This document shows, in pieces, positions 28,434-37,412 of a stretch of DNA of 64,000 bases (positions are counted from its first letter, which is position 1; each line of letters starts with the position of its first letter). Both the position numbers and the translations under genes were made by a program. The notes under the pieces were generated by a model. That model searched no databases and was not told the origin of the DNA. It worked only from the letters and a program-made list of their open reading frames with translations. Origin of the DNA: Alphaproteobacteria bacterium (GTDB taxonomy: Bacteria > Pseudomonadota > Alphaproteobacteria > Rs-D84); contig JAFVFD010000002.1 of NCBI GenBank assembly GCA_017475605.1, positions 11,769-75,768 of the forward strand, read 5' to 3'.

Positions 28434-28517
28434 ATGAAATTAAACATAAAAAAATCTTTGTAATTGATGGTGCGACCAGAATAATGACGGACGCACCGCT
28501 TTGTGCGTCCGTTTTTT
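28434..28517 (+). promoter_or_regulatory. Putative leader-peptide transcription attenuator of lysS. It has a 9-codon Lys-rich leader ORF (MKLNIKKSL), then alternative antiterminator and terminator structures
   Basis: Leader ORF at 28434..28463 has 3 of 9 codons as AAA. GGTGCG (28469..28474) can pair with CGCACC (28492..28497). That pairing competes with the terminator stem GGACGCAC/GTGCGTCC (28489..28510), which is followed by GTTTTTT. Only ~30 nt separate the terminator from the lysS ATG, leaving no room for a separate promoter. Confidence 0.4.
28489..28517 (+). terminator. Intrinsic terminator 30 nt upstream of the lysS start (attenuator terminator)
   Basis: 8-bp GC-rich stem GGACGCAC-cgcttt-GTGCGTCC followed by GTTTTTT. 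Confidence 0.7.
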
Positions 28518-28547
28518 AATAACTAATCACAACCAGAAGGAACAACG

Positions 28548-30014
28548 ATGTCAGAAAACGCAACAATATCGACGAATGAATTACAGGCCCGTTTACAAAA
28601 GGCTGAAAATATCCGCGCGCGTGATGGTGTTGTATGGAAAGATACATTTGATCGTTCACATACAATTGCGGACGCGCGTAATTTGCCGGATGGAACCGCC
28701 GTTAAATTATGTGGACGTGTTACTGCGTTGCGTTGGTTGGGCAAATTGATGTTTGGCCGTATTTACGATATAAATGGCGAAATTCAGTTTTCTATGTCGC
28801 GTGAAGAAATTGGCGAAGAAGATTACAAGTTTATGAAGGCCAATGTTGATATGGGCGATTTTATTGGTGTTACCGGTGAATTATACCACACAACTGCGGG
28901 CGAATTGACTGTCAAGGTTTCGCACTATGATATTCTGTCCAAGGCATTGCGTCCGTTGCCGGAAAAGTTCCATGGCCTTACCGATACCGAGGCACGCTAT
29001 CGTCAACGTTATTTGGACGTAATTTCGAATCCTGAATCCCGTAACGCGTTGTTGGGCCGTTTCAAAATGACACAAAACTGGCGGCAATTTATGATTGATA
29101 ACGGCTTTTTGGAAATTGAAACACCAATTTTACAAAATGTTGCGTCTGGGGCGGCGGCAAAGCCTTTTACCACACACCATAACGCGTTGGACGCAGATTT
29201 TCAGTTGCGTATTTCGCCGGAATTGTTCTTGAAAATGGCAATTGGCGCGGGTTTTGACCGCGTGTTCGAAGTTGCAAAAGATTTCCGCAACGAAGGTATG
29301 GATGCGATGCACCTGCAAGAATTCACAATGGTTGAATGGTATGCGGCATATTGGGATTACAAGAAGAATATTGATTTTACATGGCGATTGATTCAACACC
29401 TGATTAAATCTGCACGTGGTACATTACAGATTTCATACCAGGGAACAGAATTAGATTTTTCAAAGTATGAAATGATGGATTACACCGCGAAAATGAATGA
29501 ATTGTTCGGATGTAATATTTTGGACTTTGATGATTTAGATGCGTTAAAGAAGCAACTGGTTGATTCCGGTATGTTCCCGGCCGAAGATTTGGAAAATCTT
29601 AATTCTATACCTGTATTGGTGGACTGGGTTTACAAACGCAAAATCCGCGACAGTATTGTTAAGCCAACATTCCTGTATAACTATCCAACATATATGGTAC
29701 CATTGGCGCGACACAGTGATGCCGATGACAGATGCCTTGATATGTTCCAATTGTTGGTATGCGGTGCCGAATTGTGCAAGGGGTATTCAGAATTGGTTAA
29801 CCCAATTCAGCAATTGGCGGCATTTGAACAACAGGCCAAAAACATTGCCAACGGCGATGAAGAAGCATTTAACCCAGATAACGACTTTGTGCGCGCGATG
29901 GAACATGGTTTCCCACCGATTTCCGGGGTTGGCCTTGGGGTTGACAGATTGGCCAGCATTATATTTGACCAGCCGACATTACGTGATGTCATATTGTTCC
30001 CAATGATGAAATAG
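28548..30014 (+). CDS. lysS: Lysyl-tRNA synthetase (class II)
   Basis: N-terminal OB anticodon-binding domain. Class II motifs: FRNEGMDAMHLQEFTMVEWY (motif 2) and GVGLGVDRL (motif 3). Confidence 0.95.
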   Translation: MSENATISTNELQARLQKAENIRARDGVVWKDTFDRSHTIADARNLPDGTAVKLCGRVTALRWLGKLMFGRIYDINGEIQFSMSREEIGEEDYKFMKANVDMGDFIGVTGELYHTTAGELTVKVSHYDILSKALRPLPEKFHGLTDTEARYRQRYLDVISNPESRNALLGRFKMTQNWRQFMIDNGFLEIETPILQNVASGAAAKPFTTHHNALDADFQLRISPELFLKMAIGAGFDRVFEVAKDFRNEGMDAMHLQEFTMVEWYAAYWDYKKNIDFTWRLIQHLIKSARGTLQISYQGTELDFSKYEMMDYTAKMNELFGCNILDFDDLDALKKQLVDSGMFPAEDLENLNSIPVLVDWVYKRKIRDSIVKPTFLYNYPTYMVPLARHSDADDRCLDMFQLLVCGAELCKGYSELVNPIQQLAAFEQQAKNIANGDEEAFNPDNDFVRAMEHGFPPISGVGLGVDRLASIIFDQPTLRDVILFPMMK

Positions 30015-30024
30015 GGCAATCAAG

Positions 30025-31422
30025 ATGATTTCTAAATCTGATACTTTTGCGGTTGATTTAACCGCAGATCACGACAGGAAAAACCTGGCCGATATTGAAC
30101 ACGCACTGGCCGAACACCGTATTAACGAAGAAGCGGCCGAATACCTGCGGTCCCTGTATTCCGACGGGATGGATTGGTTCCGTGAAGTGTTTCATGTCCT
30201 GGGTAAATGCCTTGGCGCGCCCAAGGCACCCGTTGTGCGTTATGATTATGAAAACGATTGTGGTGTTGATGAACAGATTAAAATATCTGATATTAACCCA
30301 TTGTCGCCATATCTTGTCCAGCATCGTTTGGACATGGACCCAATGCGTAATCAGTTCTTTACGGTTACCGCCGGACACCAGGTTGATTTGTCGGTGTCGT
30401 CTATTGTTACGGTTATTGTTGCTGCACAAAAACGCACAGAACGCGCACTGGAAAAAATTACGGGAAAATATTATCGGGACTATGTTAACGATGTTGCAAC
30501 AACCGCTGAACGCGTTATAACTGCGCACGAACGCGCGGCATCTGGGCGCGCAATCGCCGAAAAAATACGTGAAGAGTTTTCTGATAAGTTTATAACATCT
30601 GCACCAGAAACTGTATTAAAGATTATCGGTCGCGGCCACGAACAAATTGCCGTAGATTTAGTGCGCGAATTGGATAAAATTGAAAAGCCGCATTTAAGAT
30701 TGCAAGATGTTTGGCGCGTGAAGTGTTTGTTTGATTTGGTGCCCCAGGCGCGTACATTCATAGAACGCATCCGCGAAGCGATGCCGGAACGCATTATTTC
30801 CATGCGGGACAAGTTTTATGATATGGACAACCCACGTAATTATCGTGATGCCAAAATTATTTTGAATATTGGGCATGACGGCGGGCCGGTTATACCAATG
30901 GAAATTATATGCCAGGTGCGTACGTTCTTTGAATTTGAACGCATGACGCACATTCAATATGAACGCGCGCGCAAACGCAAAAACGCGGCCAGTGATAACA
31001 TAGAACGCAAATTGGCAGATTATATGGAAGATGGCATCAAAGAATACAACCTTATGATTTGTCGCTGTGTCGAGGCTTTGTTTGACCGCGTTGGGTGGAA
31101 TATTTTGTATGAACGCGGAATCGGCATGTCGCTTTTCGAAGGGTTCCCAAAGAATTGCACCTTGTATTATCCGCAAAAGATGTTGGATATCATTACCGAT
31201 AAATTGGATAACGCGATTGAAAACGAAGTGTTTCGCCTTACCACTTCGCCCGCGAAATTAACCCAGGCCCAAACAAGCGAAATCTTTCACTTTATGGCGC
31301 GGTTTATTTTGGTTGCGGCGATGCCATATCGTAAATCGGCATGGTCTGCGCCGACGAATACACCGGCGGGCAAATTATTTAATTTCGTTATGAAGGAAGT
31401 TCAACGTTATTACAAACAATAA
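30025..31422 (+). CDS. Orphan 465-aa protein whose central region carries a divergent RelA/SpoT-like (pol-beta-fold) nucleotidyltransferase signature. Possible alarmone-synthetase-like or toxSAS-like enzyme
   Basis: WRVKCLFDLVPQAR matches RVKS..yDllGiR. DKFYDMDNPRNYRDAKIIL matches DYIa.PK.nGYqSlH. GGPVIPMEIICQVRT matches E[IV]QIRT. FEFERMTHIQYE matches AE...H..YK. The N-terminal ~220 aa and C-terminal ~130 aa are unrecognised. A 10-nt gap follows lysS. Confidence 0.45.
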   Translation: MISKSDTFAVDLTADHDRKNLADIEHALAEHRINEEAAEYLRSLYSDGMDWFREVFHVLGKCLGAPKAPVVRYDYENDCGVDEQIKISDINPLSPYLVQHRLDMDPMRNQFFTVTAGHQVDLSVSSIVTVIVAAQKRTERALEKITGKYYRDYVNDVATTAERVITAHERAASGRAIAEKIREEFSDKFITSAPETVLKIIGRGHEQIAVDLVRELDKIEKPHLRLQDVWRVKCLFDLVPQARTFIERIREAMPERIISMRDKFYDMDNPRNYRDAKIILNIGHDGGPVIPMEIICQVRTFFEFERMTHIQYERARKRKNAASDNIERKLADYMEDGIKEYNLMICRCVEALFDRVGWNILYERGIGMSLFEGFPKNCTLYYPQKMLDIITDKLDNAIENEVFRLTTSPAKLTQAQTSEIFHFMARFILVAAMPYRKSAWSAPTNTPAGKLFNFVMKEVQRYYKQ

Positions 31423-31581
31423 TGTGTTGAAAATACTTAAAATATACAATCGCCCCATGGGAAATAAATCGTACAGGGGCGATTGTTTTTTTCTTGTGTT
31501 AGTTTTAATATTGCGCAACAATGAAATCAGGTTCATGGACAGTTACCCAGAACCATAACAAGCATAAGAAAGGAAACGATT

Positions 31582-31923
31582 ATGCGTCAAGGGAAAGTAA
31601 AATGGTATAATGGCAAAAAATGTTTCGGCTTTATTACGCCGGACGCGCCAAATGAAAACGGAAACACAGATGATGTATTTGTTCATTCCAGTGCATTAAA
31701 AGCAGCGGGTATCAGATTCTTGAATGAAAACGATATCGTTGAATTCGAAGAAGAAGTCCGTAATGACAAATTGTCGGTAACAACATTGAAATTGATTCAG
31801 CGTGACGAAGAATCGGCACGTCTGTTCCACGAACGTCGCGCGGAACGTCGCCGCGCCGCCGAAGACCGAAAACAGCGCGAAGAAAAATCAACGCGCCATG
31901 GATTCGCGTTCTGGAAAAAATAA
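31582..31923 (+). CDS. Cold-shock-domain protein (CspA family) with a C-terminal basic extension
   Basis: GKVKWYNGKKCFGFI...DVFVHSSAL, with RNP1/RNP2-like motifs. Arg/Glu-rich tail. Confidence 0.9.
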   Translation: MRQGKVKWYNGKKCFGFITPDAPNENGNTDDVFVHSSALKAAGIRFLNENDIVEFEEEVRNDKLSVTTLKLIQRDEESARLFHERRAERRRAAEDRKQREEKSTRHGFAFWKK

Positions 31924-31926
31924 TCA

Positions 31927-31949
31927 AAAACGCCCGGTTGGGCGTTTTT
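31927..31949 (+). terminator. Terminator after the csp gene
   Basis: aaaaaCGCCCggttGGGCGttttt. Confidence 0.8.
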
Positions 31950-32051
31950 AATTGAAAAAATTACGCTGTTGAATTATAATAAAAACAGGCAAAGGATAAA
32001 TAAATGATTATGAAAGAAGTTGATGAATAATTTTTAACAAAAGGATTTATT

Positions 32052-32594
32052 ATGTGGACAGCAATTGCGATTGTTGCAGTGATTTTGTTGTATTTTGTTG
32101 GTGTTTATAATGGTCTGATTTCTCGTCGAAACCAGGTACGTGAAGCGTGGGCGACAATTGATACCCAATTAAAACGTCGTTATGATTTGATACCTAATTT
32201 AATGGAAACAGTGTCGGGTGCGGCAAAACACGAAAAAGAAACATTGAATGCGGTAATTTCTGCGCGTAATGTGGCGATGAAGGCAACGGATGCCGGTGCG
32301 CGCGGTATGGCGGAAAATGCGCTTTCTGGGGCATTAAAGAATATTTTTGCGTTGGCGGAAAATTACCCTGATTTAAAGGCAAATGAGAACTTTTTGGAAT
32401 TACAACGCGAATTGGCGGATACAGAAACCAAGATTCAGGCGGCGCGCCAGTTTTATAATACCGTTGTAATGGGGCTTAATAACGCGGTTGAACAATTCCC
32501 ATCGAACATTATTGCGCGTATGTTTGGAATCGGAACCGAAAAGTTATTTGAAGCGGATGCATCCGAACGCGTTGCCCCGCGGGTAAAGTTTTAA
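32052..32594 (+). CDS. lemA: LemA-family membrane protein
   Basis: N-terminal TM helix. YNGLISRRNQVREAWATIDTQLKRRYDLIPNL is typical of LemA. Confidence 0.85.
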   Translation: MWTAIAIVAVILLYFVGVYNGLISRRNQVREAWATIDTQLKRRYDLIPNLMETVSGAAKHEKETLNAVISARNVAMKATDAGARGMAENALSGALKNIFALAENYPDLKANENFLELQRELADTETKIQAARQFYNTVVMGLNNAVEQFPSNIIARMFGIGTEKLFEADASERVAPRVKF

Positions 32595-32756
32595 TAGAAA
32601 ATACGCAGATTTTCCTTGATTTTACATAAAAAACAGTATAAACTGCGTTCCGCTGAGTAATCAGAACTGATTAAGTCATGGTGTCTTTTGGTCCCATGTA
32701 TGATAAGGATTCTGTTAAAATATTCGGCACCGAAAAACCAAAAAAAAGGATAAATT

Positions 32757-33389
32757 ATGGCAAGAATGGGCGCAAAACGTAATACGCGCAAATTGAAAAT
32801 CGGACGTTCGCTGGGTGTCAATCTGTGGGGCCAGGCGAAATCTCCATTTAACAAACGTAAATATAAACCGGGCCAGCATGGTCCAACATCCCGCGGTGGT
32901 AATTCGTCTGATTACGCAAAGCAGATGCGCGCGAAACAGACATTAAAGGGTTACTATGGCAACATCGGTGAAAAGAAGTTCCACGCATACTATGCCGAAG
33001 CGGACAATATGCGCGGCGACACACCGGATAATTTGATTGGCTTGCTGGAACGCCGTTTGGACGCAGTTGTATATCGTGCGAAATTGGCACCAACTGTTTT
33101 CTCGGCACGTCAATTGGTCAGCCATGGTCATATTTATGTCAATGGCAAACGCGTTAAAATCGCTTCATATCAGGTAAAACCAGGCGATGTTATCACAGTA
33201 AGTGAAAAAGCAAAACAGATGCCGTTGGTCGTTTTGGCATTGGAAGCAGGGGATCGCGAATTCCCAGAATACATCAATGTTGACAGTGCGAATTTCACTG
33301 CGACATACGTTCGTGTTCCGGCATTTGCAGATGTTCCATATCCTGTACAAATGTTTCCAGAACTGGTCGTCGAATTCTATTCTCGTTAA
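32757..33389 (+). CDS. rpsD: 30S ribosomal protein S4
   Basis: [14 protein letters not shown]...PGQHG, and the S4 domain RRLDAVVYR. Confidence 0.95.
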   Translation: MARMGAKRNTRKLKIGRSLGVNLWGQAKSPFNKRKYKPGQHGPTSRGGNSSDYAKQMRAKQTLKGYYGNIGEKKFHAYYAEADNMRGDTPDNLIGLLERRLDAVVYRAKLAPTVFSARQLVSHGHIYVNGKRVKIASYQVKPGDVITVSEKAKQMPLVVLALEAGDREFPEYINVDSANFTATYVRVPAFADVPYPVQMFPELVVEFYSR

Positions 33390-33408
33390 TAGAACGGGAG
33401 AAGAACAG

Positions 33409-33437
33409 AAAAATCACCGCATTTGCGGTGATTTTTT
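33409..33437. terminator. Bidirectional terminator between rpsD (+) and smpB (-)
   Basis: aaaaaTCACCGCatttGCGGTGAtttttt. Confidence 0.8.
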
Positions 33438-33455
33438 GTTTACAATGGAAAATAT

Positions 33456-33926
33456 TTATTTTCCCTTTAATATGCGTGATTTATTGCGTTCCCATTCGCG
33501 CTGTTTAATTGTTTCGCGTTTGTCGGCGCGTTGCTTACCATGACCGATACCCAGCAAAACCTTTAATTTTCCGCGATTATTAAAGTATAACTTTAACGGA
33601 ACAATTGTCGCGCCTTTTTCCTGTAATTGCCCAATCATGCGGTTTATTTGACTGCGGTGTAATAATAACTGGCGCGGGCGACGTTCATCAAAGTTCACAA
33701 TACGTGCGGCGGTTGGTAATTTCTGGATTTCAACACCCGCCATAAAAAGATTATCGCCACGACGTTGAACAAAACCATCAACAATCGTTACCAGCCCATA
33801 ACGCACAGATTTGATTTCCGCCCCGGTCATGGCAAGGCCAGCCTCTATCGTGTCTTCAATAGAGTAATTAAACCGCGCCTTGCGGTTTTCGGAAACTTGG
33901 CCAAACTTTATCAAACTGCGTGTCAT
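33456..33926 (-). CDS. smpB: SsrA-binding protein SmpB
   Basis: NRKARFNYSIEDTIEAGLAMTGAEIKS..., with a Lys/Arg-rich C-terminal tail. Confidence 0.9.
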   Translation of the reverse strand: MTRSLIKFGQVSENRKARFNYSIEDTIEAGLAMTGAEIKSVRYGLVTIVDGFVQRRGDNLFMAGVEIQKLPTAARIVNFDERRPRQLLLHRSQINRMIGQLQEKGATIVPLKLYFNNRGKLKVLLGIGHGKQRADKRETIKQREWERNKSRILKGK

Positions 33927-33927
33927 T

Positions 33928-34683
33928 TTATTGCCGTATTTTTTGATACAGGTTCAATGTATTTTGTTCCAGTATAGATTCCAATTCATCCATTTGCAAA
34001 TGTTTAATTTCCGCCAAAACTTTTGCCGTTTCACGCACCATGAATGGTTCACATGTTTTTCCACGATATGGCACCGGTGCACAATAGGGGGAATCTGTTT
34101 CAATAACAATGTGGTCAATTGGTATTTTTTCAAATGTTTCACGAATATCAGCCGCGTTCTTAAATGTCAAAATGCCCGATGCGGAAAAGTAAAAACCCCG
34201 ATCCAGCATCACATGTGCCAATTCCCAACCGGACGTAAAACAATGCATAACACCGCGTATGTTTTTCAATATGTCCGCCGTATCAGATACGGCATCACGT
34301 GTATGTATTGCCACAGGTAAATCGGCGTTGCGCGCAATTTCCAACTGTTCTTCAAACAGTTTTATTTGCGCTTTTCGGTCGTTGTCGCCCCCATGATAGT
34401 CCAAACCAATTTCGCCAATTCCGATAACGCATGGGTGCGACAAAACATCTGGTGTTAAAAAATTATGTGGGTCTGTTCCGGCGTATTCAGGGTGTATGCC
34501 CGTTGTTACAAAAATATTGTCATGGGTTTCTGCGATTTTTATTGCGGGCAAAATATCATGCGGTTCGGCGGTTGCGCATATCAATCGGCCAACACCAGCC
34601 GCCGCCGCACGCGTGATAACATCATCCAGGTTTTCACCCGCACAATAATCGTCTGTTAAATGGCAGTGTGTGTCTGTAAGCAT
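33928..34683 (-). CDS. tatD: TatD-family metal-dependent DNase/hydrolase
   Basis: HCHL at the N-terminus and GEIGLDYH. Confidence 0.88.
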   Translation of the reverse strand: MLTDTHCHLTDDYCAGENLDDVITRAAAAGVGRLICATAEPHDILPAIKIAETHDNIFVTTGIHPEYAGTDPHNFLTPDVLSHPCVIGIGEIGLDYHGGDNDRKAQIKLFEEQLEIARNADLPVAIHTRDAVSDTADILKNIRGVMHCFTSGWELAHVMLDRGFYFSASGILTFKNAADIRETFEKIPIDHIVIETDSPYCAPVPYRGKTCEPFMVRETAKVLAEIKHLQMDELESILEQNTLNLYQKIRQ

Positions 34684-35579
34684 TTTTTTATATCACTTAT
34701 AATAGAAAATATGGCGGTTTCAGGTTCCAAATTGATGCGGGTAATGTTCGCAATTTGTTGTGTTGCCGTTGGGTACAGTTCCGCCAACCCATACCGCGCA
34801 ATCACATCCAATAAAATACCATAAAGGGCATTGTCCGGCGCAATCTTGCGTGCGATTGCCAACAGGTCAGACGCACTTGCGTTCGGATTTTCAAGTGTCG
34901 CAATCAGTTCTTCATATATTTCATCGCCACCCAGGCTTTTCAGGTTCGCAACGCGACCAAAACTGCCGTTTGCCAGTTTTAGTGTCTCGTTACTTATTTC
35001 TGCATCGCCCATAAATCGTGCGCACAATTCACGCAATTCGGAAATGGTCAGTGGGCGCATCTTTTCCACGCGGGCGCGCGAACGTACGGTGGGTAAAACA
35101 TTGGCCAACTGGTGTACAATCAATAAAAACAGTGTTTGCGCCGGTGGTTCTTCCAACAATTTAAGCAGGGCATTTGATGCCGCGGTTGATAATTCGTCCA
35201 CAGAATCAATCACAATCACGCGCCACCGCCCCGACATAGACGATAACTGCATTCGTTCAATAACACCACGCACCGTATGTACCGAAATAAGTTTGGCATC
35301 GGTTTTTGGTTTGCCTTTGTCGTCAATATTGTGTGCCATGTCAATTATGAAAAAGTCGCCAACATTACCATAAACAGTTTTTGCTATTTTATATGCCAGT
35401 GTTGCTTTGCCGATGCCCCGCGGCCCGGTTAACATCCATACCGGGTGAATCGGGTGAACATCGCGCGCATTCCACGCATCCATAAACGCGCGCCAAACAT
35501 CGCCATGCCCGACCAGTTCATCGTTGTCAATCGGGTTCGGAAAAGAATAGGGCGATTTTGCCGATTTTCGTGGTGCCAT
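34656..35579 (-). CDS. holB: DNA polymerase III subunit delta' (HolB)
   Basis: P-loop-like GPRGIGK. VIVIDSVDEL...ASNALLKLLEEPP. Overlaps the tatD start. Confidence 0.8.
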   Translation of the reverse strand: MAPRKSAKSPYSFPNPIDNDELVGHGDVWRAFMDAWNARDVHPIHPVWMLTGPRGIGKATLAYKIAKTVYGNVGDFFIIDMAHNIDDKGKPKTDAKLISVHTVRGVIERMQLSSMSGRWRVIVIDSVDELSTAASNALLKLLEEPPAQTLFLLIVHQLANVLPTVRSRARVEKMRPLTISELRELCARFMGDAEISNETLKLANGSFGRVANLKSLGGDEIYEELIATLENPNASASDLLAIARKIAPDNALYGILLDVIARYGLAELYPTATQQIANITRINLEPETAIFSIISDIKKCLQTHTAI

Positions 35580-35580
35580 G

Positions 35581-36162
35581 TTATTTCTCGTATTCTGATT
35601 TTAATTTTGACCAACCCATATTGTTCGCATATCTGCCATCGGAAAATTTATATGCGCATCTGGATATTCCATCCAAAAAGAACCCCGCCTTGCGTATAGA
35701 TTTTTCAGAACGCGTGTTTTCTGTTGCGCACTGAACTGTTATTCGGTTTGCGTGTAATATATCAAATGCTATTTGATCGTATTTACGGTATATTTCGCGG
35801 GCAAAACCGTTGCCCCATGCCGAACGCACAAACCACATTTCGCCGATTTGTAATGTTTCGTTATCGGGGTGATAATATGCGCGTGTAAAGCCAATAATTT
35901 GATTATTATGGAATATATAATATGTTACACCGATATTCGCGGTCCATTTTTCGCTACGGCGCATTATCTGTAAAACTTCGTCTGCGTTTGCGGGTAGTAT
36001 GTCTTTCTCGTCCATGGCAATGGGCGTATATGGGAAATCGGATTTTTGTTCATTTTTTATCGCATCAAAAAACAGTTTAGCATTAGGTTCCGTTGCGTCC
36101 ATTTGGCGCAATACCAGACGTTCTGTTTTTATTTCGCGGGCAAGATTTTTAATCGGATTCAT
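35581..36162 (-). CDS. GNAT-family N-acetyltransferase (RimJ/RimL-like)
   Basis: RLVLRQ N-terminal motif and Q/R-x-x-G-x-G/A-like acetyl-CoA region WGNGFAREI. Confidence 0.7.
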   Translation of the reverse strand: MNPIKNLAREIKTERLVLRQMDATEPNAKLFFDAIKNEQKSDFPYTPIAMDEKDILPANADEVLQIMRRSEKWTANIGVTYYIFHNNQIIGFTRAYYHPDNETLQIGEMWFVRSAWGNGFAREIYRKYDQIAFDILHANRITVQCATENTRSEKSIRKAGFFLDGISRCAYKFSDGRYANNMGWSKLKSEYEK

Positions 36163-37359
36163 TTATTTGCCCTTTATCATTACGGAAATATTGCGCATTA
36201 TGCGGCCCAGGAAGCGCACCTTTTTAACATTGTCGGCGGCAACCAGTGGTGCACGCGCAATTATACGACCGTCCAATTCCGCAATAATTTCGCCCAGTGT
36301 GTCGCCCGCCGCAATTGGTGCCGGCGCGGGATCATTAAATCGTGCCAACACGCGCACAGAAGATACGGGTGTCGGTTTTGTCAACGTGATTGCGAACGGT
36401 TGCGCGACCGTTGCGTTGACCTTATCGGCGCGACCGTACCATACCGGTATTTCAACGACTGTATCACCAGGCTGATAATAAACCTTGTGTGTGGTGGTGG
36501 TAAAACCATAGTTTAATAATTTCTTCATTTCCGCCGCCAACGCATCGTGTCCACGACCGTTGAATCCGTTTATAATGCCAATTAAACGACGGCCCCCCAC
36601 GCGCGCAGATGCGACCATTCCATAACCACCGCTGTCGGTGTGGCCGGTTTTAAGACCATCCGCCCCCGGCATAGTGAACAATAATTTGTTGTAATTTACG
36701 GTATGTGTACGCCCCCAGTCGCGACACCAATCTGACTTATAATCATTAAATTCAAAACGTTTTGTCGCGAACAACGGGTAAATATCCGGATAATCACGAA
36801 TAATGTGTGTCGCCAATATTGCTAATTCGCGACTTGTCATCAAATTATTCGGATCCGGCAGGCCACTTGCGTTGCCAAACGTTGATTGTTCCATGCCGAT
36901 TGCACGCGCCTTGGCGGTCATTTGTGCGGTAAATGCGTTTTCAGACCCAGCCAGTTTTTCCGCCACAACAACCGATGCATCACCGCCCGACAGGACAATA
37001 AGTCCCAAAATCGCATCACGAACGGTTATTTCCTGGCCGGAAACAAGGCAAATCTTACTTGCCGGGTACCACAGTGGGTTTTTGTAATCTGCGTTGTCTG
37101 ATACGGGCAGTTTGCTGTCCATGTTAAGACGGCCGGCCTTGATTTCATCAAAAAGTACCGCCAGGGTCATCAATTTAATCATTGATGATGGCGGCATTAA
37201 AACATCCGCGTTTTTGGCATATATTTCAGTACCTGAATCGTAGTCTAATAAAAATGCGGAACGTGCCTTGGTCGTAAAATCTGTTTCCGCCTGTTTTGCG
37301 GCATTTGCGGTTACGGAAATCAATAACAATAAAGTGGTAATAAATATCTTTGTCTTCAT
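36163..37359 (-). CDS. D-alanyl-D-alanine carboxypeptidase (S11, PBP5/6-like)
   Basis: Signal peptide. SxxK as SSMIKLMT. SGN-like and KTG motifs. A C-terminal domain is present. The start is taken at MKTKIF, internal to ORF ..37395. Confidence 0.85.
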   Translation of the reverse strand: MKTKIFITTLLLLISVTANAAKQAETDFTTKARSAFLLDYDSGTEIYAKNADVLMPPSSMIKLMTLAVLFDEIKAGRLNMDSKLPVSDNADYKNPLWYPASKICLVSGQEITVRDAILGLIVLSGGDASVVVAEKLAGSENAFTAQMTAKARAIGMEQSTFGNASGLPDPNNLMTSRELAILATHIIRDYPDIYPLFATKRFEFNDYKSDWCRDWGRTHTVNYNKLLFTMPGADGLKTGHTDSGGYGMVASARVGGRRLIGIINGFNGRGHDALAAEMKKLLNYGFTTTTHKVYYQPGDTVVEIPVWYGRADKVNATVAQPFAITLTKPTPVSSVRVLARFNDPAPAPIAAGDTLGEIIAELDGRIIARAPLVAADNVKKVRFLGRIMRNISVMIKGK

Positions 37360-37412
37360 GCCCAAATCATAGCAATATTGATGGCAAAATGGCAACGATT
37401 TTTTACAATTTT

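Noticed and set aside
28346-28547. A T-box riboswitch upstream of lysS, because AATTGATGGTGCGACC weakly resembles the T-box consensus AATTAGGGTGGTACC
   Set aside because: The leader is only ~200 nt. It has no recognisable Stem I, K-turn, specifier loop or AG-bulge. The leader-peptide attenuation model explains the structure more simply.
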